A stretch of DNA of 64,000 nucleotides. It comes from an uncultured bacterium. Lineage in GTDB: Bacteria > Babelota > Babeliae > Babelales > Babelaceae. The translations under genes were made by a program, and so were the position numbers. The first letter of the stretch is position 1, and each line of letters begins with the position of its first letter. Below are positions 1 through 9,700 of this stretch, in pieces. The notes beneath the pieces are model-generated. The model made no database searches. It saw only the letters and a list, made by a program, of their open reading frames with translations, and was not told the DNA's origin. The DNA lies in NCBI GenBank assembly GCA_963848965.1, contig CAWKFG010000004.1:32001-96000 (forward strand). The letters run 5' to 3'.

Positions 1-671
1 TTATAACTCTTTTTATCTAATGTACGCAAAACTTTAAGAGCTGTACCCGTTAATGAAGCTATCTTGCCATCAACGTCAGTACCTCCACTTGTTCCATAAT
101 CACTAAAAAAAACGTCTCGGCACAGCGCCATAAGATAGACTTCTAGCATATTTGTAGCAGCATCAACACTTGAAAGTTCAAAAAATGGCTCTATCTTAAA
201 AAGCGATGAATCTCCTCCTGCAGAGCTAAACATATAGGCACCTTGCGGATTAACAAGTTTTATTGTAGCTTGTGCATATCGCTTTACTTGATCAAAATCA
301 GTTTGTTTACCAGTTCTTATTGCTTCTACAAAGCGAGCATAATTTTTTTTTCCTTCTTCAGTTAAAAGACCTGTTTTTTCATCATGCTCGAACGTTTTTG
401 TAAAACTTGCAGCAAAAGAAGGAATTTCTCGTTCACTTTTATTAAGTCCTCCTCTTACTTGTATAGAATCTCGTAATAACAGTTGCCTACTTGCAGCACA
501 ATTACGCCGCTTATATGCTATCAACGGCTCATCTTTATCTGCTCCTCGAAGCTCTCCACACCCATCTTGCGTAAGAATACACGCTTGTGTACTTGTACGA
601 TTTGTATTTACCGTACTCTGCACAGTGCTCTGACAAAAAATAGTACTTAATAATAAGATAGTATACTTCAT
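1..671 (-). CDS. Vanadium-dependent haloperoxidase-like protein (PAP2 superfamily), N-terminal part; runs off the window start
   Basis: Manual translation (not in ORF track): ATG at 671 after AGGGGG RBS, MKYTILLLSTIFC... signal-like start, open to position 1. Motifs SFTKTFEHD, KLVNPQG and LEVYLMALCRDVFFSDY resemble the N-terminal half of cyanobacterial/algal-type vanadium bromoperoxidases. Active-site motifs lie outside the window. Confidence 0.65.
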   Translation of the reverse strand, partial: MKYTILLLSTIFCQSTVQSTVNTNRTSTQACILTQDGCGELRGADKDEPLIAYKRRNCAASRQLLLRDSIQVRGGLNKSEREIPSFAASFTKTFEHDEKTGLLTEEGKKNYARFVEAIRTGKQTDFDQVKRYAQATIKLVNPQGAYMFSSAGGDSSLFKIEPFFELSSVDAATNMLEVYLMALCRDVFFSDYGTSGGTDVDGKIASLTGTALKVLRTLDKKSY

Positions 672-956
672 ATACCCCCTTTTATTAGCAGTATAGCGAA
701 AGCAGTACTTCTCATACAATATTTAATAACCAATTAATTGTATTTATAAAATATCTTTTATGAAAATTAAATTAATTATTGTAATTTATGGCATGCTTTT
801 GGTACAGTATATCTAAACAGGAAAACCAAAAGTATAAAGGATCGTATGAAAAAGCATCTTATATGGTTGCTCGCACTTTGCGTTATAGCACAATGGTATG
901 TAAAAAGTACTCTTACTCCACAGGTAAAGCCCCTTATGAAAGAGCAACAAACCCAA

Positions 957-1568
957 TCACTGAAAAAATCCAAGCTCGGTTAGCGCTTCGCGCAGTTCAA
1001 ATAAAGGGAGCCCTAGAATTGTTGAATAAGACCCTTCCACTTTCTCTAAAAACTGCATACCAAATGCTTCAATCGTTATTCCTCCTGTTGCATGTAATGC
1101 ACCAGAGCTCTGAATATAAATATCAAGCCATTCATCAGGAACATTAAATACACAGTAAGCTGACACTGCACGAACAACACGGTGTTCTGTCTGCCAGCTT
1201 TTATCTTTGTAGAGTTTTTTATCAAGACAAAAACCGGTACTTACTAGAGATCCTGCACGAAGAGCTCTAATTTTTTCTTTTGCATCATTATAATCATGCG
1301 GTTTGCCATGAATAACACCCTGCATATCCACTGAAAGCGTATCTGCAGAAAGAACAAAAAGCTTATCTTCTTGTACTGAAGGTAGCACTGCATGCTCCAT
1401 TTTATGCAACGCAATAGTACTGACTAACTGCTCAAGAGGCAATGTATGATCTACAGCTAATTCATCGGCATGTTGTTCAATAGTGTGAAAGGGAATAGCA
1501 GAAAGGGATAAAAGATTTTTCCTTGATTGGGAACTGGAAGCAAGATAAAGAGGGAAACGAGGATGCAT
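957..1568 (-). CDS. maf: Maf family nucleoside triphosphate pyrophosphatase
   Basis: LYLASSSQSRKNLL, SADT...HGKP, EGSYSTILGLPL motifs; start moved to ATG 1568 so it lies downstream of the tRNA. Confidence 0.9.
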   Translation of the reverse strand: MHPRFPLYLASSSQSRKNLLSLSAIPFHTIEQHADELAVDHTLPLEQLVSTIALHKMEHAVLPSVQEDKLFVLSADTLSVDMQGVIHGKPHDYNDAKEKIRALRAGSLVSTGFCLDKKLYKDKSWQTEHRVVRAVSAYCVFNVPDEWLDIYIQSSGALHATGGITIEAFGMQFLEKVEGSYSTILGLPLFELREALTELGFFQ

Positions 1569-1584
1569 ATACGAACCGTTTGAA

Positions 1585-1659
1585 TGGCTGGGGTGGAAGG
1601 ATTCGAACCTCCGCATGCCAGGACCAAAACCTGGTGCCTTACCGCTTGGCTACACCCCA
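1585..1659 (-). tRNA. tRNA-Gln(TTG)
   Basis: TGGGGTGTAGCCAAGCGGTAAGGCACCAGGTTTTGGTCCTGGCATGCGGAGGTTCGAATCCTTCCACCCCAGCCA: cloverleaf, TTG anticodon, GTTCGAATC T-loop, encoded CCA. Confidence 0.97.
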
Positions 1660-1671
1660 ATGGCGTGTAAT

Positions 1672-1935
1672 CTATTCTTGTGAAGCAGTCTTTGAGTACT
1701 CGTTAATAACGGTATCCTCAATAGTTTTACGCATCTCTGAATTAAGAGGATGGACAATATCTCTAAAAGAACCATCTTTGCGACGCCGTGAAGGCATAGA
1801 AACAAAGAGCCCTTTATGGCCTTCAATAACTTTTAGATCGCGCACAATAAAGCAGTTTTCAAAGACAATAGTTGCATATGCCTTAAGACGGCCGCTTTCT
1901 GTTGCTGGATATACCTTTACTTCTGTAATTCTCAT
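1672..1935 (-). CDS. spoVG: SpoVG family nucleic-acid-binding protein
   Basis: MRITEVKV...LKAYATIVF...LKVIEG..GLFVSMPSR...FRDIVHPLN signature. Confidence 0.95.
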   Translation of the reverse strand: MRITEVKVYPATESGRLKAYATIVFENCFIVRDLKVIEGHKGLFVSMPSRRRKDGSFRDIVHPLNSEMRKTIEDTVINEYSKTASQE

Positions 1936-2101
1936 GAAGCTTCCTTAAAAGTAGCTGTATATACTACTGTTGTTATCTACCTATAGGTATTACTAGTATT
2001 ATTGTACCTTATTCACTACGTTTGTCAACATTTTACCTACGTCTATCATCTATTTTCTTGAGCTTCTATTTTATTACCTTTGAGCATATTTGTATATACC
2101 A

Positions 2102-2130
2102 TTGACACACTTTTCTGTAAAACTTATACT
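2102..2130 (+). promoter_or_regulatory. sigma70-type promoter for the 2206 gene
   Basis: TTGACA-17 bp-TATACT. Confidence 0.6.
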
Positions 2131-2205
2131 TAATGCAATTAGCATTAATTCCAACAACGCCTCCTGAGGAGTCATCGAAGGCTCTTACAGTATAAAGGAC
2201 CTATC

Positions 2206-3348
2206 TTGAAATACACATTTTTACTTATTCTCTGTTTTTCACTGTTCTTCTCAGCACGAGCAATGGAAAAAATGGACCAGACTCTACCACAATTACCGGC
2301 AGAAATTATAGTATCCATCATGCAGTACCTTAAGGGAGATGATAGAGCATTAAACTTCTTAGCAAGACTCTATGGATTTTCACACGATAGTGCAAGAGAG
2401 ATAGTCGATGCATTTCTTCAAAGAATTCCCTATTATCCGATAACTGATGCTCGAATAGAAGATCTTTTAAAGCTTCACTTTAATACGTTCAGCATGGCTC
2501 TACATAAACAAGTAAAAGAATATATTGTGCCTGCCTTAAAACACCATAGGAATACTCATCCAGTTCGCACGGTACTACACCAGAAAGATTTTGATCAATT
2601 GAGAAAAATGATAAATTTCATAAATATTAACTTGTTTGAAAAAACAGATCCTATGATATCTTACACAAAACAAGAGAAACGTGCTATAAAAAATGCCCTT
2701 TGTACTACTTATAAGTCATTTTCACGCAAGCAACATGGATCACTAAAAGACTGCTCCGAGCAACAGCTTTTAGATCACGCTCATGATCTTACTCGTCTCA
2801 TAGAGGAGTTACAGGTGTGCTGTACTACTCTTACAACATGGCAAAATGCTTATACAACCAAAAACTTTTATAAGTATTTTCCTGTTTTTCTTATGCCATT
2901 ATTAGCATTAGATATAGCGCTTGCTCTTTACTTGTATGGTAGCGAAACATCAGTAGAGCATCCTCTTACTTTTGCTGTAGGAACATGTTTATTCGGAGGA
3001 ATTTTAATAACAAGCTTTTTTTATAAGAAGCTTTTAAATCACTCTGTTTTTTGGTCTATTTTCTCTAGTATGTACTTAATAGCATTACGAGCTTATTGTT
3101 CAAGTCAACAGTACTCAAAGGCTCATGCTCTATGGCCTCTAGGTGTGATAGCATTTGCAGGAACTTTACTCTTTATGCCGGTTATCACAGATGAAGCAGC
3201 CCGACGAGCATTTATAATACCACCTCTGCTTAATCGCTGGTCCGCTACAAGTTATCCAAGGCTTCTTCAGTCTTTTCAAGAACTTATAAAGGATCTAAGA
3301 AGAGCACAAGAAAATACAATGGCTATTCACACATTAGTTCAAGAGTAG
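2206..3348 (+). CDS. Signal-peptide protein with F-box-like motif and several C-terminal transmembrane helices (effector-like)
   Basis: TTG start after AAAGGA; hydrophobic N-terminus ending ARA|MEK; LPQLPAEIIVSIMQYL F-box-like segment; about four hydrophobic stretches. Confidence 0.6.
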   Translation: MKYTFLLILCFSLFFSARAMEKMDQTLPQLPAEIIVSIMQYLKGDDRALNFLARLYGFSHDSAREIVDAFLQRIPYYPITDARIEDLLKLHFNTFSMALHKQVKEYIVPALKHHRNTHPVRTVLHQKDFDQLRKMINFININLFEKTDPMISYTKQEKRAIKNALCTTYKSFSRKQHGSLKDCSEQQLLDHAHDLTRLIEELQVCCTTLTTWQNAYTTKNFYKYFPVFLMPLLALDIALALYLYGSETSVEHPLTFAVGTCLFGGILITSFFYKKLLNHSVFWSIFSSMYLIALRAYCSSQQYSKAHALWPLGVIAFAGTLLFMPVITDEAARRAFIIPPLLNRWSATSYPRLLQSFQELIKDLRRAQENTMAIHTLVQE

Positions 3349-3393
3349 CCTTTCTAGAAAGCTTAGCGTCTCCTTGAAAACCTACAGCTTGTC

Positions 3394-4290
3394 CTATAAA
3401 GAACGCATTTTCCTTTCAGCAGCTCTTAATTTTGCAGATCGAGCTGAAGGGTTTCTGGAAAGCTCTTCTGAAGATGCTATTACTATATGCTTAGTAAGAA
3501 TAGCAAACACATCAGAATGTGCTTTAAAAAATTGTTTTACAATACGATCTTCTAAAGAATGAAAGCTAATACATACTAAGCGGCCAGAGTCCTCAAGAAT
3601 ATCAGGAGCCTGTGTTAATAATGACTTTATATTATTAAGTTCATCATTGACAAATATTCGTAGTGCTTGAAACACTTTTGTAGCAGGATGAATTTTCCTG
3701 CTATAAGGAGGAATAACTTTCTGTATAAGCTCTGCAAGCTGCCCTGTAGTTTTTAGAGGGCCATACTCTTTACGGTAAGCTACTATAGCACGAGCAATCT
3801 TGCGCGATTGATGCTCTTCGCCAAGGGTATAAAAAATATCAGCAAGCTCCTGTTCAGGTGCTTTATTAACTACCTCAGCTGCAGTAGTTTTATAATGCCC
3901 TGGGGACATACGCATATCTAACGGAGTATCTGCAGAAAATGAAAATCCTGCACGCTGCGTTATCTGAAATTGAGAAGTACCAAAATCTGCAAGAATGCCA
4001 TCAACACGAGCTATTTTAAGCTTTTTAAGCAAGGGAATTATATGAGCAAAGTTACCCCACTGTAAGATAAGACGATCGCCAAACTGTTCTTGCAATGGAG
4101 GACCATTAAGCTCTATCGCTTTTACATCCCAATCAAATGCAATAACACGACAGGTAGGTTCAGCTTCTAAAATAGCTCTTGTATGTCCGCCGCCCCCAAA
4201 TGTTGCATCGACATACACTTTGTGTGGACGAGGAGAAAGATAGGTTAAAACTTCATTAACAAGAACGGGCTTATGATATACTTCGCTCAT
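3394..4290 (-). CDS. rsmH: 16S rRNA m4C1402 methyltransferase RsmH
   Basis: HKPVLVNEV, VDATFGGGGHT, PLDMRM, HPATKVFQALRIFVNDEL, ISFHSLEDRIVK, NPSARSAKLR. Confidence 0.96.
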   Translation of the reverse strand: MSEVYHKPVLVNEVLTYLSPRPHKVYVDATFGGGGHTRAILEAEPTCRVIAFDWDVKAIELNGPPLQEQFGDRLILQWGNFAHIIPLLKKLKIARVDGILADFGTSQFQITQRAGFSFSADTPLDMRMSPGHYKTTAAEVVNKAPEQELADIFYTLGEEHQSRKIARAIVAYRKEYGPLKTTGQLAELIQKVIPPYSRKIHPATKVFQALRIFVNDELNNIKSLLTQAPDILEDSGRLVCISFHSLEDRIVKQFFKAHSDVFAILTKHIVIASSEELSRNPSARSAKLRAAERKMRSL

Positions 4291-4332
4291 GCACAATCCT
4301 TAAAAAAAGGTGACTTCTCGTCACCTTTTATT

Positions 4333-5760
4333 TTACAAAGTAGTTTCAGCAAGCTCGCTTACAAGGCGAGAAAGCTGGGTACCATGAGAGCCTTTTACAA
4401 GGATAACAGCTTCTCTATCAAGTCTCTTTTTCAAGAGTTCGGTAGCTTCTTGCCAATTTGCTACATGCTCAAACGTGATACCAAGTGGTACTGTTGCTTT
4501 TGTCCATCGTACAAAGTCACCTACCAATATAACGTGGTTGAGTGAAGGAACTTTGCGTAAGAATCTTCCCAATTGGCGATGCCAGAATGGACTATTAACA
4601 CCAAGCTCTAGCATATCTCCAAGAACAGCAATTTTCTGTCCTTTTGATTCTACTTTCTCAAATGCCAATAATGCAGCTTTCATACTTTCAGGACTTGCAT
4701 TATAACAGTCATTAATTAAAATGCCTCGTGCAGCTTTCAATTGTTTCTGCTCAAATCTTCCTGAGATACGTAATGGCATTTGAATACCTTTGACAATAAT
4801 TTCAGAAGGAACATTTAATAAATATGCGGCTGCTGATGAAGCAAGAGCATTAATAACACGCCCTGCATGATTAGTATCAAGCACAATTCTATGGCGCTCT
4901 TTATAAAGCTTTAACACAAAATATGTTTGTGTATTATTTGATTGTATTTTACGAGCTTGTACTTGATTAATAGTCTTACATCCAAAGCGTACCATAGGAT
5001 GACTATATGATATATTAGATAAAATAGATTGATCACCGTTAATAATACCGATATTATCTTCTTTGAAAAACTTGAAAATATCCCGTTTTTCATGTGCAAT
5101 ATCTGCTAATGAGCCAAGTCCTTCCATATGACTGTGACCAATAGCAGTAATAATAGCAGCTGTCGGACGTACGAGCTCGGCCATACGAGCCATCTCACCC
5201 CGTTTGCTGATACCCATCTCAAAAATTGCTACCTCATGCTCTGAACGCATTCGCAAGATATTAAGCGAGAGTCCTAAAGCAGTATTTTGATTGCCTTGAG
5301 AAACCACAAACTTTTTATTATAGAGACCCAAAATATGAGAGAGCATCTCTTTGGTAGAAGTTTTTCCGATTGAGCCGGTTATACCTATTACAGGATACTT
5401 AAAGAAACTGCGCCATGCGGCAGCAAGCTTAAACAGTGCTTCCTGAGTATTTGGTACTATTGCCACAAAGATTTTTTTAAGAAGAACAGGATCTATAGTC
5501 TTAAGAACACTTTCGCGTTCCTTATTAATAATAAGACCTGCAGCTCCTTTTTGTAATGCTTCACCAATAAAGTCATGTCCATCGACCTGACTTCCCTTAA
5601 GCGCTACAAAAAGTTCTCCTTTATTTACTTGACGCGAGTCTATAGTTACCTCGCATACCTCTGGCATCTGCACACCAAGAAATGACACATCTGGCACTAC
5701 AGATTTAAAAAATTGCTGGTCAAAACGCATTGCTGAACTCCACGCCTTAGAAAGAAACAT
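4333..5760 (-). CDS. murF: UDP-N-acetylmuramoyl-tripeptide--D-Ala-D-Ala ligase MurF
   Basis: IDSR, DGHDF, GITGSIGKTSTKEM, EMG, NDCYNASPESM, VLGDMLELG, LVKGS. Confidence 0.94.
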   Translation of the reverse strand: MFLSKAWSSAMRFDQQFFKSVVPDVSFLGVQMPEVCEVTIDSRQVNKGELFVALKGSQVDGHDFIGEALQKGAAGLIINKERESVLKTIDPVLLKKIFVAIVPNTQEALFKLAAAWRSFFKYPVIGITGSIGKTSTKEMLSHILGLYNKKFVVSQGNQNTALGLSLNILRMRSEHEVAIFEMGISKRGEMARMAELVRPTAAIITAIGHSHMEGLGSLADIAHEKRDIFKFFKEDNIGIINGDQSILSNISYSHPMVRFGCKTINQVQARKIQSNNTQTYFVLKLYKERHRIVLDTNHAGRVINALASSAAAYLLNVPSEIIVKGIQMPLRISGRFEQKQLKAARGILINDCYNASPESMKAALLAFEKVESKGQKIAVLGDMLELGVNSPFWHRQLGRFLRKVPSLNHVILVGDFVRWTKATVPLGITFEHVANWQEATELLKKRLDREAVILVKGSHGTQLSRLVSELAETTL

Positions 5761-5970
5761 GTTATAGTGTGATACGAAGATAAAATGGCGCTATTTTTAA
5801 CATTTGTCAAGAATCGAAACTAAAATATATCTACCATACAAGATAGCTTTTATTTTTATTTCTTGCAACCCCTGATTCTATTTTTAACACTTTTCTATCC
5901 AAATAAAAATTTTTAAAAAGATCTAAAAACTTTTAGGGACTCTTACTATACCTCAAGTAATCCTGTATTG

Positions 5971-8133
5971 TCAAATTTTATTTGAAAAATTGTTATTTTC
6001 TACTAGCTCTTTTACTACCTTGCGCATCTTGGATCCATCATGAGGCATAATATACCCTTGACTTTCTAATTGGTCAATAAGACGAGCAGAACGATTATAA
6101 CCTATTCTAAAAGCACGTTGAAGAAGCGAGATAGAAACTTCATTTTTTTGCGAGATAAATGAAAGCACTTCTTCATAGAGATCGTCATCGCACTCTTCCT
6201 CTTGTACTGTCGTTGTCGTAAGCGGTATATATTCAACTGTTTGTTGTGCCTTAATATGCTTTACTACTGCCATAATTTCTTCTTCTGTTACATAAGCACC
6301 ATGCACACGACTTAAGGATCCTTTGGTATCTAAGAATAGCATATCTCCTTTTCCAAGAAGTTTTTCGGCACCTGTCATGTCAATAATAGTTCTTGAGTCA
6401 ACCTTTGACGTTACTTTGAATGCAACACGGCTTGGAAAATTTACCTTAATAAGCCCTGTAATAACATCAACAGACGGTCGTTGAGTTGCTGTAATCATAT
6501 GAATACCTGCAGCACGTGCCATTTGCGCAAGGCGCGCAATAAGATGCTCTATATCTTTACCAGCAGTCATCATAAGATCTGCAAGCTCGTCAATTATAAT
6601 GACAATAAATGGTAGAAGCTCTTCATTTTTTTCTTCAACAGAAGCATTATATTCAATTATATTGCGTACTCCTTTGGTAGCCATAAGAGTATACCGATCT
6701 TCCATCGCTTTAACTGCCCAGCGCAGTGCAGTAAGGGCACGTGCAGGATCTGTAATAATAGGAAATAACAGATGAGCACAATCAGTATAAGAAGAAAATT
6801 CAAGACGCTTCGGATCAATTAAGATGCAGCGCATCTCTTGTGGTGTTTTGCTACACAGTAAGCTCATAAACATCGCATGTAACCCTACAGATTTACCAGA
6901 ACCTGTAGAGCCTGCTACAAGAAGGTGGGGCATCGTTGCTAAATCTATAACAACGTTAGCTCCTAACGTATCTTTTCCTAAAATAAGGGGTAATGAACCT
7001 TTAAAATGTACAAAATGGTCACTGCGAATAAGTTCAGAAAATAGTACTGCTCTGCGCTTACTATGTGCAACTTCAAAACCGATAACCGAACGACCTGGAA
7101 TAGGTGCAATGATACGTAAACTCAATGCTTGAAGAGCAAGAGCAAGATCATCCTCTCGAGCGAGAATGGTACTAATTTTTGTATCAATAGACGGTTGATA
7201 TTCAAAAAGAGTAACGACAGGGCCATGAGTAATAGCAACTACTTTGCCTTCAATACCAAATCGTTCTAGTTTATGTTCAAGCGCACGTGCTTGCTGTTCA
7301 CTTTCAGCTTGTGCTGCTTTATCTACACTGCTTTCTTTTATTACTTTTCCTTCTGGATGTGGTAACTTATAACCACGTCGTAACTGCTCAGGAGTTTCAT
7401 CTTTTTCAACACGTTTTTCAACAAGCGGTACTACTTTCTTTTCTACTTGTATACTATATGCTGGATTTATATAGGTTCCCCAAAAAGGATCTTCGTAAAT
7501 AGTACTCTCTTGCGTATCTTTATCAGATAAGCCTGGAAGTATACGAGCGCTATATGCTCGTACTTTTTCATAACCATAGCTTACGAGTGCTTGTACCTTC
7601 TTAAGACCGTACATACAAAAAGAAAGGAGCGGTGCAAGATATACAATCCACGAAAATTGCATGAGTACAATAAGCATAGACCACAATGCTATAAAAAGAA
7701 ACATATCTGCCATCTTTTCATCAAGAAGAGCGAAGAGCATGCGAGAGCCTACAGTTCCTACTGCTCCTCCAGGACACACGCACGTAAAGAGCTCAAAGGA
7801 ATATCGGTGTGCTATTGTACTACATAGTGGTATACTTACCAGTAGAGTACCTATATGGCTTTTTTTAATAGAACCTCGAGGCCAAAGACATCGCATAGCA
7901 TAAAGACCGAACATTATACTCAAGAGCAAAGCAGAGCTTCCTAAAAAATAAAGCAAAAAGCCAGCGATACGCGCCTGCATATATTCAATACCGCCAAGAG
8001 CAGAAGATACCTCTGTAGTATCATAGAGCAATGAAGGAGTATAAGGATTATAGGTCACTAAAGAAAAAAGTAGTAAAAGAGCAAAGCTCATACTTATAGT
8101 AAAAGTAACCCACCGTTTTACAAGAGCAAACAT
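5971..8133 (-). CDS. ftsK: DNA translocase FtsK
   Basis: N-terminal TM helices; PHLLVAGSTGSGKSV, IDPKRLE, IIDELADLMM, ATQRPSVDVITG; gamma domain LQRAFRIGYNRSARLID. Confidence 0.96.
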   Translation of the reverse strand: MFALVKRWVTFTISMSFALLLLFSLVTYNPYTPSLLYDTTEVSSALGGIEYMQARIAGFLLYFLGSSALLLSIMFGLYAMRCLWPRGSIKKSHIGTLLVSIPLCSTIAHRYSFELFTCVCPGGAVGTVGSRMLFALLDEKMADMFLFIALWSMLIVLMQFSWIVYLAPLLSFCMYGLKKVQALVSYGYEKVRAYSARILPGLSDKDTQESTIYEDPFWGTYINPAYSIQVEKKVVPLVEKRVEKDETPEQLRRGYKLPHPEGKVIKESSVDKAAQAESEQQARALEHKLERFGIEGKVVAITHGPVVTLFEYQPSIDTKISTILAREDDLALALQALSLRIIAPIPGRSVIGFEVAHSKRRAVLFSELIRSDHFVHFKGSLPLILGKDTLGANVVIDLATMPHLLVAGSTGSGKSVGLHAMFMSLLCSKTPQEMRCILIDPKRLEFSSYTDCAHLLFPIITDPARALTALRWAVKAMEDRYTLMATKGVRNIIEYNASVEEKNEELLPFIVIIIDELADLMMTAGKDIEHLIARLAQMARAAGIHMITATQRPSVDVITGLIKVNFPSRVAFKVTSKVDSRTIIDMTGAEKLLGKGDMLFLDTKGSLSRVHGAYVTEEEIMAVVKHIKAQQTVEYIPLTTTTVQEEECDDDLYEEVLSFISQKNEVSISLLQRAFRIGYNRSARLIDQLESQGYIMPHDGSKMRKVVKELVENNNFSNKI

Positions 8134-8360
8134 AGTTCCCTCCTCTTTTTTGTTTCAGTGTACTGTATACTACTTCTTCAGCACAAGATCCTTTATGATA
8201 CTTCCACACTTTATGTCGCTGCTTACTAGAATAACGCCAGACGATTTAATAAAATATTCGGTTAAAAAAGAGCAGCACTACATTGAATTATTGACAAAAA
8301 AAAAATATATCCCATACTAAATTGTATATAAAAGCTTATAAACAATTAAAGGAGCACTTC

Positions 8361-8849
8361 ATGTATTATAATTTACTTATTGCTTATCTGTTACTCGGTA
8401 TCTCTGTTTTTGCGATGGATACTCAGTCAATGCTTTCAGAACCTCTGTTAGAAAATGACCATCTTGCTTTACAAGCTCCTATGCTTGGCAAAAAAGAGGA
8501 TATTGAAAAAAGGTTTATAGAAGCAGCAAAGCAAGGATCTATTGAATCCGTTGAATTTTATCTAAAGCGGCAAGTAAACGTTCATGCACGTCAAGATAAA
8601 GCATTACGTAGAGCAGCACGAAATGGACACCTGCAAACTGTTCTTCTTCTTTTACAGTATGGTGCGAATATACATGCAAAAAATAAGTATGCTCTACTCT
8701 GGGCACAAAAAAATAACCATCGAGCGGTTGCCGAACATTTGATTACTCTTAGCAGAGATGTACATGCGGTCCACAAGCAGCAATCTCAAGAAGTTTTTTC
8801 TTCACCATCAGAGAGTACATGCTGTTGCATCTCCTGCAATTTACTATAG
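8361..8849 (+). CDS. Signal-peptide ankyrin-repeat protein
   Basis: ATG 8361 after AAGGAG; signal ending VFA|MDT; ALRRAARNGHLQTVLLLLQYGANIHA repeats; Cys-rich tail TCCCISCNLL. Confidence 0.8.
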   Translation: MYYNLLIAYLLLGISVFAMDTQSMLSEPLLENDHLALQAPMLGKKEDIEKRFIEAAKQGSIESVEFYLKRQVNVHARQDKALRRAARNGHLQTVLLLLQYGANIHAKNKYALLWAQKNNHRAVAEHLITLSRDVHAVHKQQSQEVFSSPSESTCCCISCNLL

Positions 8850-8851
8850 CG

Positions 8852-9610
8852 TCACCTATCTTTTATAAAAAGAGCGATACTCACAGGAATAAGCATGTAC
8901 CATGCAAAGGCAGTTGTAGTACCGTTCTTTAAAAGTATATATACAAAACCGAGCAGTTTATATGCAAGAAATGTAGAAATACCAAGAACTATGGTACCAG
9001 CAAGATTCCAAGAAATTTCCCTCTTTTGCTTAACATACATTTCAAATAATGCTTTTGTTACTGCGGCACCCATCAATGGCATCTGTATTGCAAGAGAGAA
9101 CAGAAATGATTCCTGTAGCGATAAATCTAACCAACAACCAGTTACAAATGTCGCAGCAAGCCGAGAAATGCCAGGAAGTAGAGCACATCCTTGAACGAAA
9201 CCTATAATACAAGCTTTTACAAACGTAATAGTATGAACTTCATAATAAGGGATCCACTTTACCGAAAATAACAAAAGACTGGTGATAAGGAATCCGAGCC
9301 ACAAAGGAAACTTATTACCTTTTACCACAAAATAGCATACAGCAGTAATACTAGCAGCACACATTGCCAACACTGCATATTGTACAAATTCCTCTAAAGA
9401 GGTCCAAGAGCTATAGTTATATAAAAAAATACTATTAATAAGCAGTGTAGGAATATGCATAAGATAGTCTACATTGTTTGATAGAGCTCTTTTTTGTAGT
9501 ATACCTAACATAAGCATCATATGACCAGAACTGCTTATAGGAAGTACTTCAAGGAGAACATGGAGTGCCCAAAGAATATATACAAAATTGTTCCACATAA
9601 TTTTTTTCAC
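8852..9610 (-). CDS. uppP: Undecaprenyl-diphosphate phosphatase UppP/BacA (divergent)
   Basis: EVLPISSSGH and QGCALLPGISR motifs; multi-pass membrane protein. Confidence 0.85.
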   Translation of the reverse strand: MKKIMWNNFVYILWALHVLLEVLPISSSGHMMLMLGILQKRALSNNVDYLMHIPTLLINSIFLYNYSSWTSLEEFVQYAVLAMCAASITAVCYFVVKGNKFPLWLGFLITSLLLFSVKWIPYYEVHTITFVKACIIGFVQGCALLPGISRLAATFVTGCWLDLSLQESFLFSLAIQMPLMGAAVTKALFEMYVKQKREISWNLAGTIVLGISTFLAYKLLGFVYILLKNGTTTAFAWYMLIPVSIALFIKDR

Positions 9611-9700
9611 TCAGATAAAATAAAGCTTTACAAGAATGGTTCTTCAAGATTATACTGCGCATTGCTTTAATAGTCGAATTTTAACGCAAAGGAGTAGGAC

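Noticed and set aside
788..1147. + strand 119-aa ORF
   Set aside because: Overlaps maf on the opposite strand for half its length; no recognisable motif
1457..1948. ORFs spanning the tRNA and spoVG
   Set aside because: Shadow translations of tRNA-Gln and spoVG
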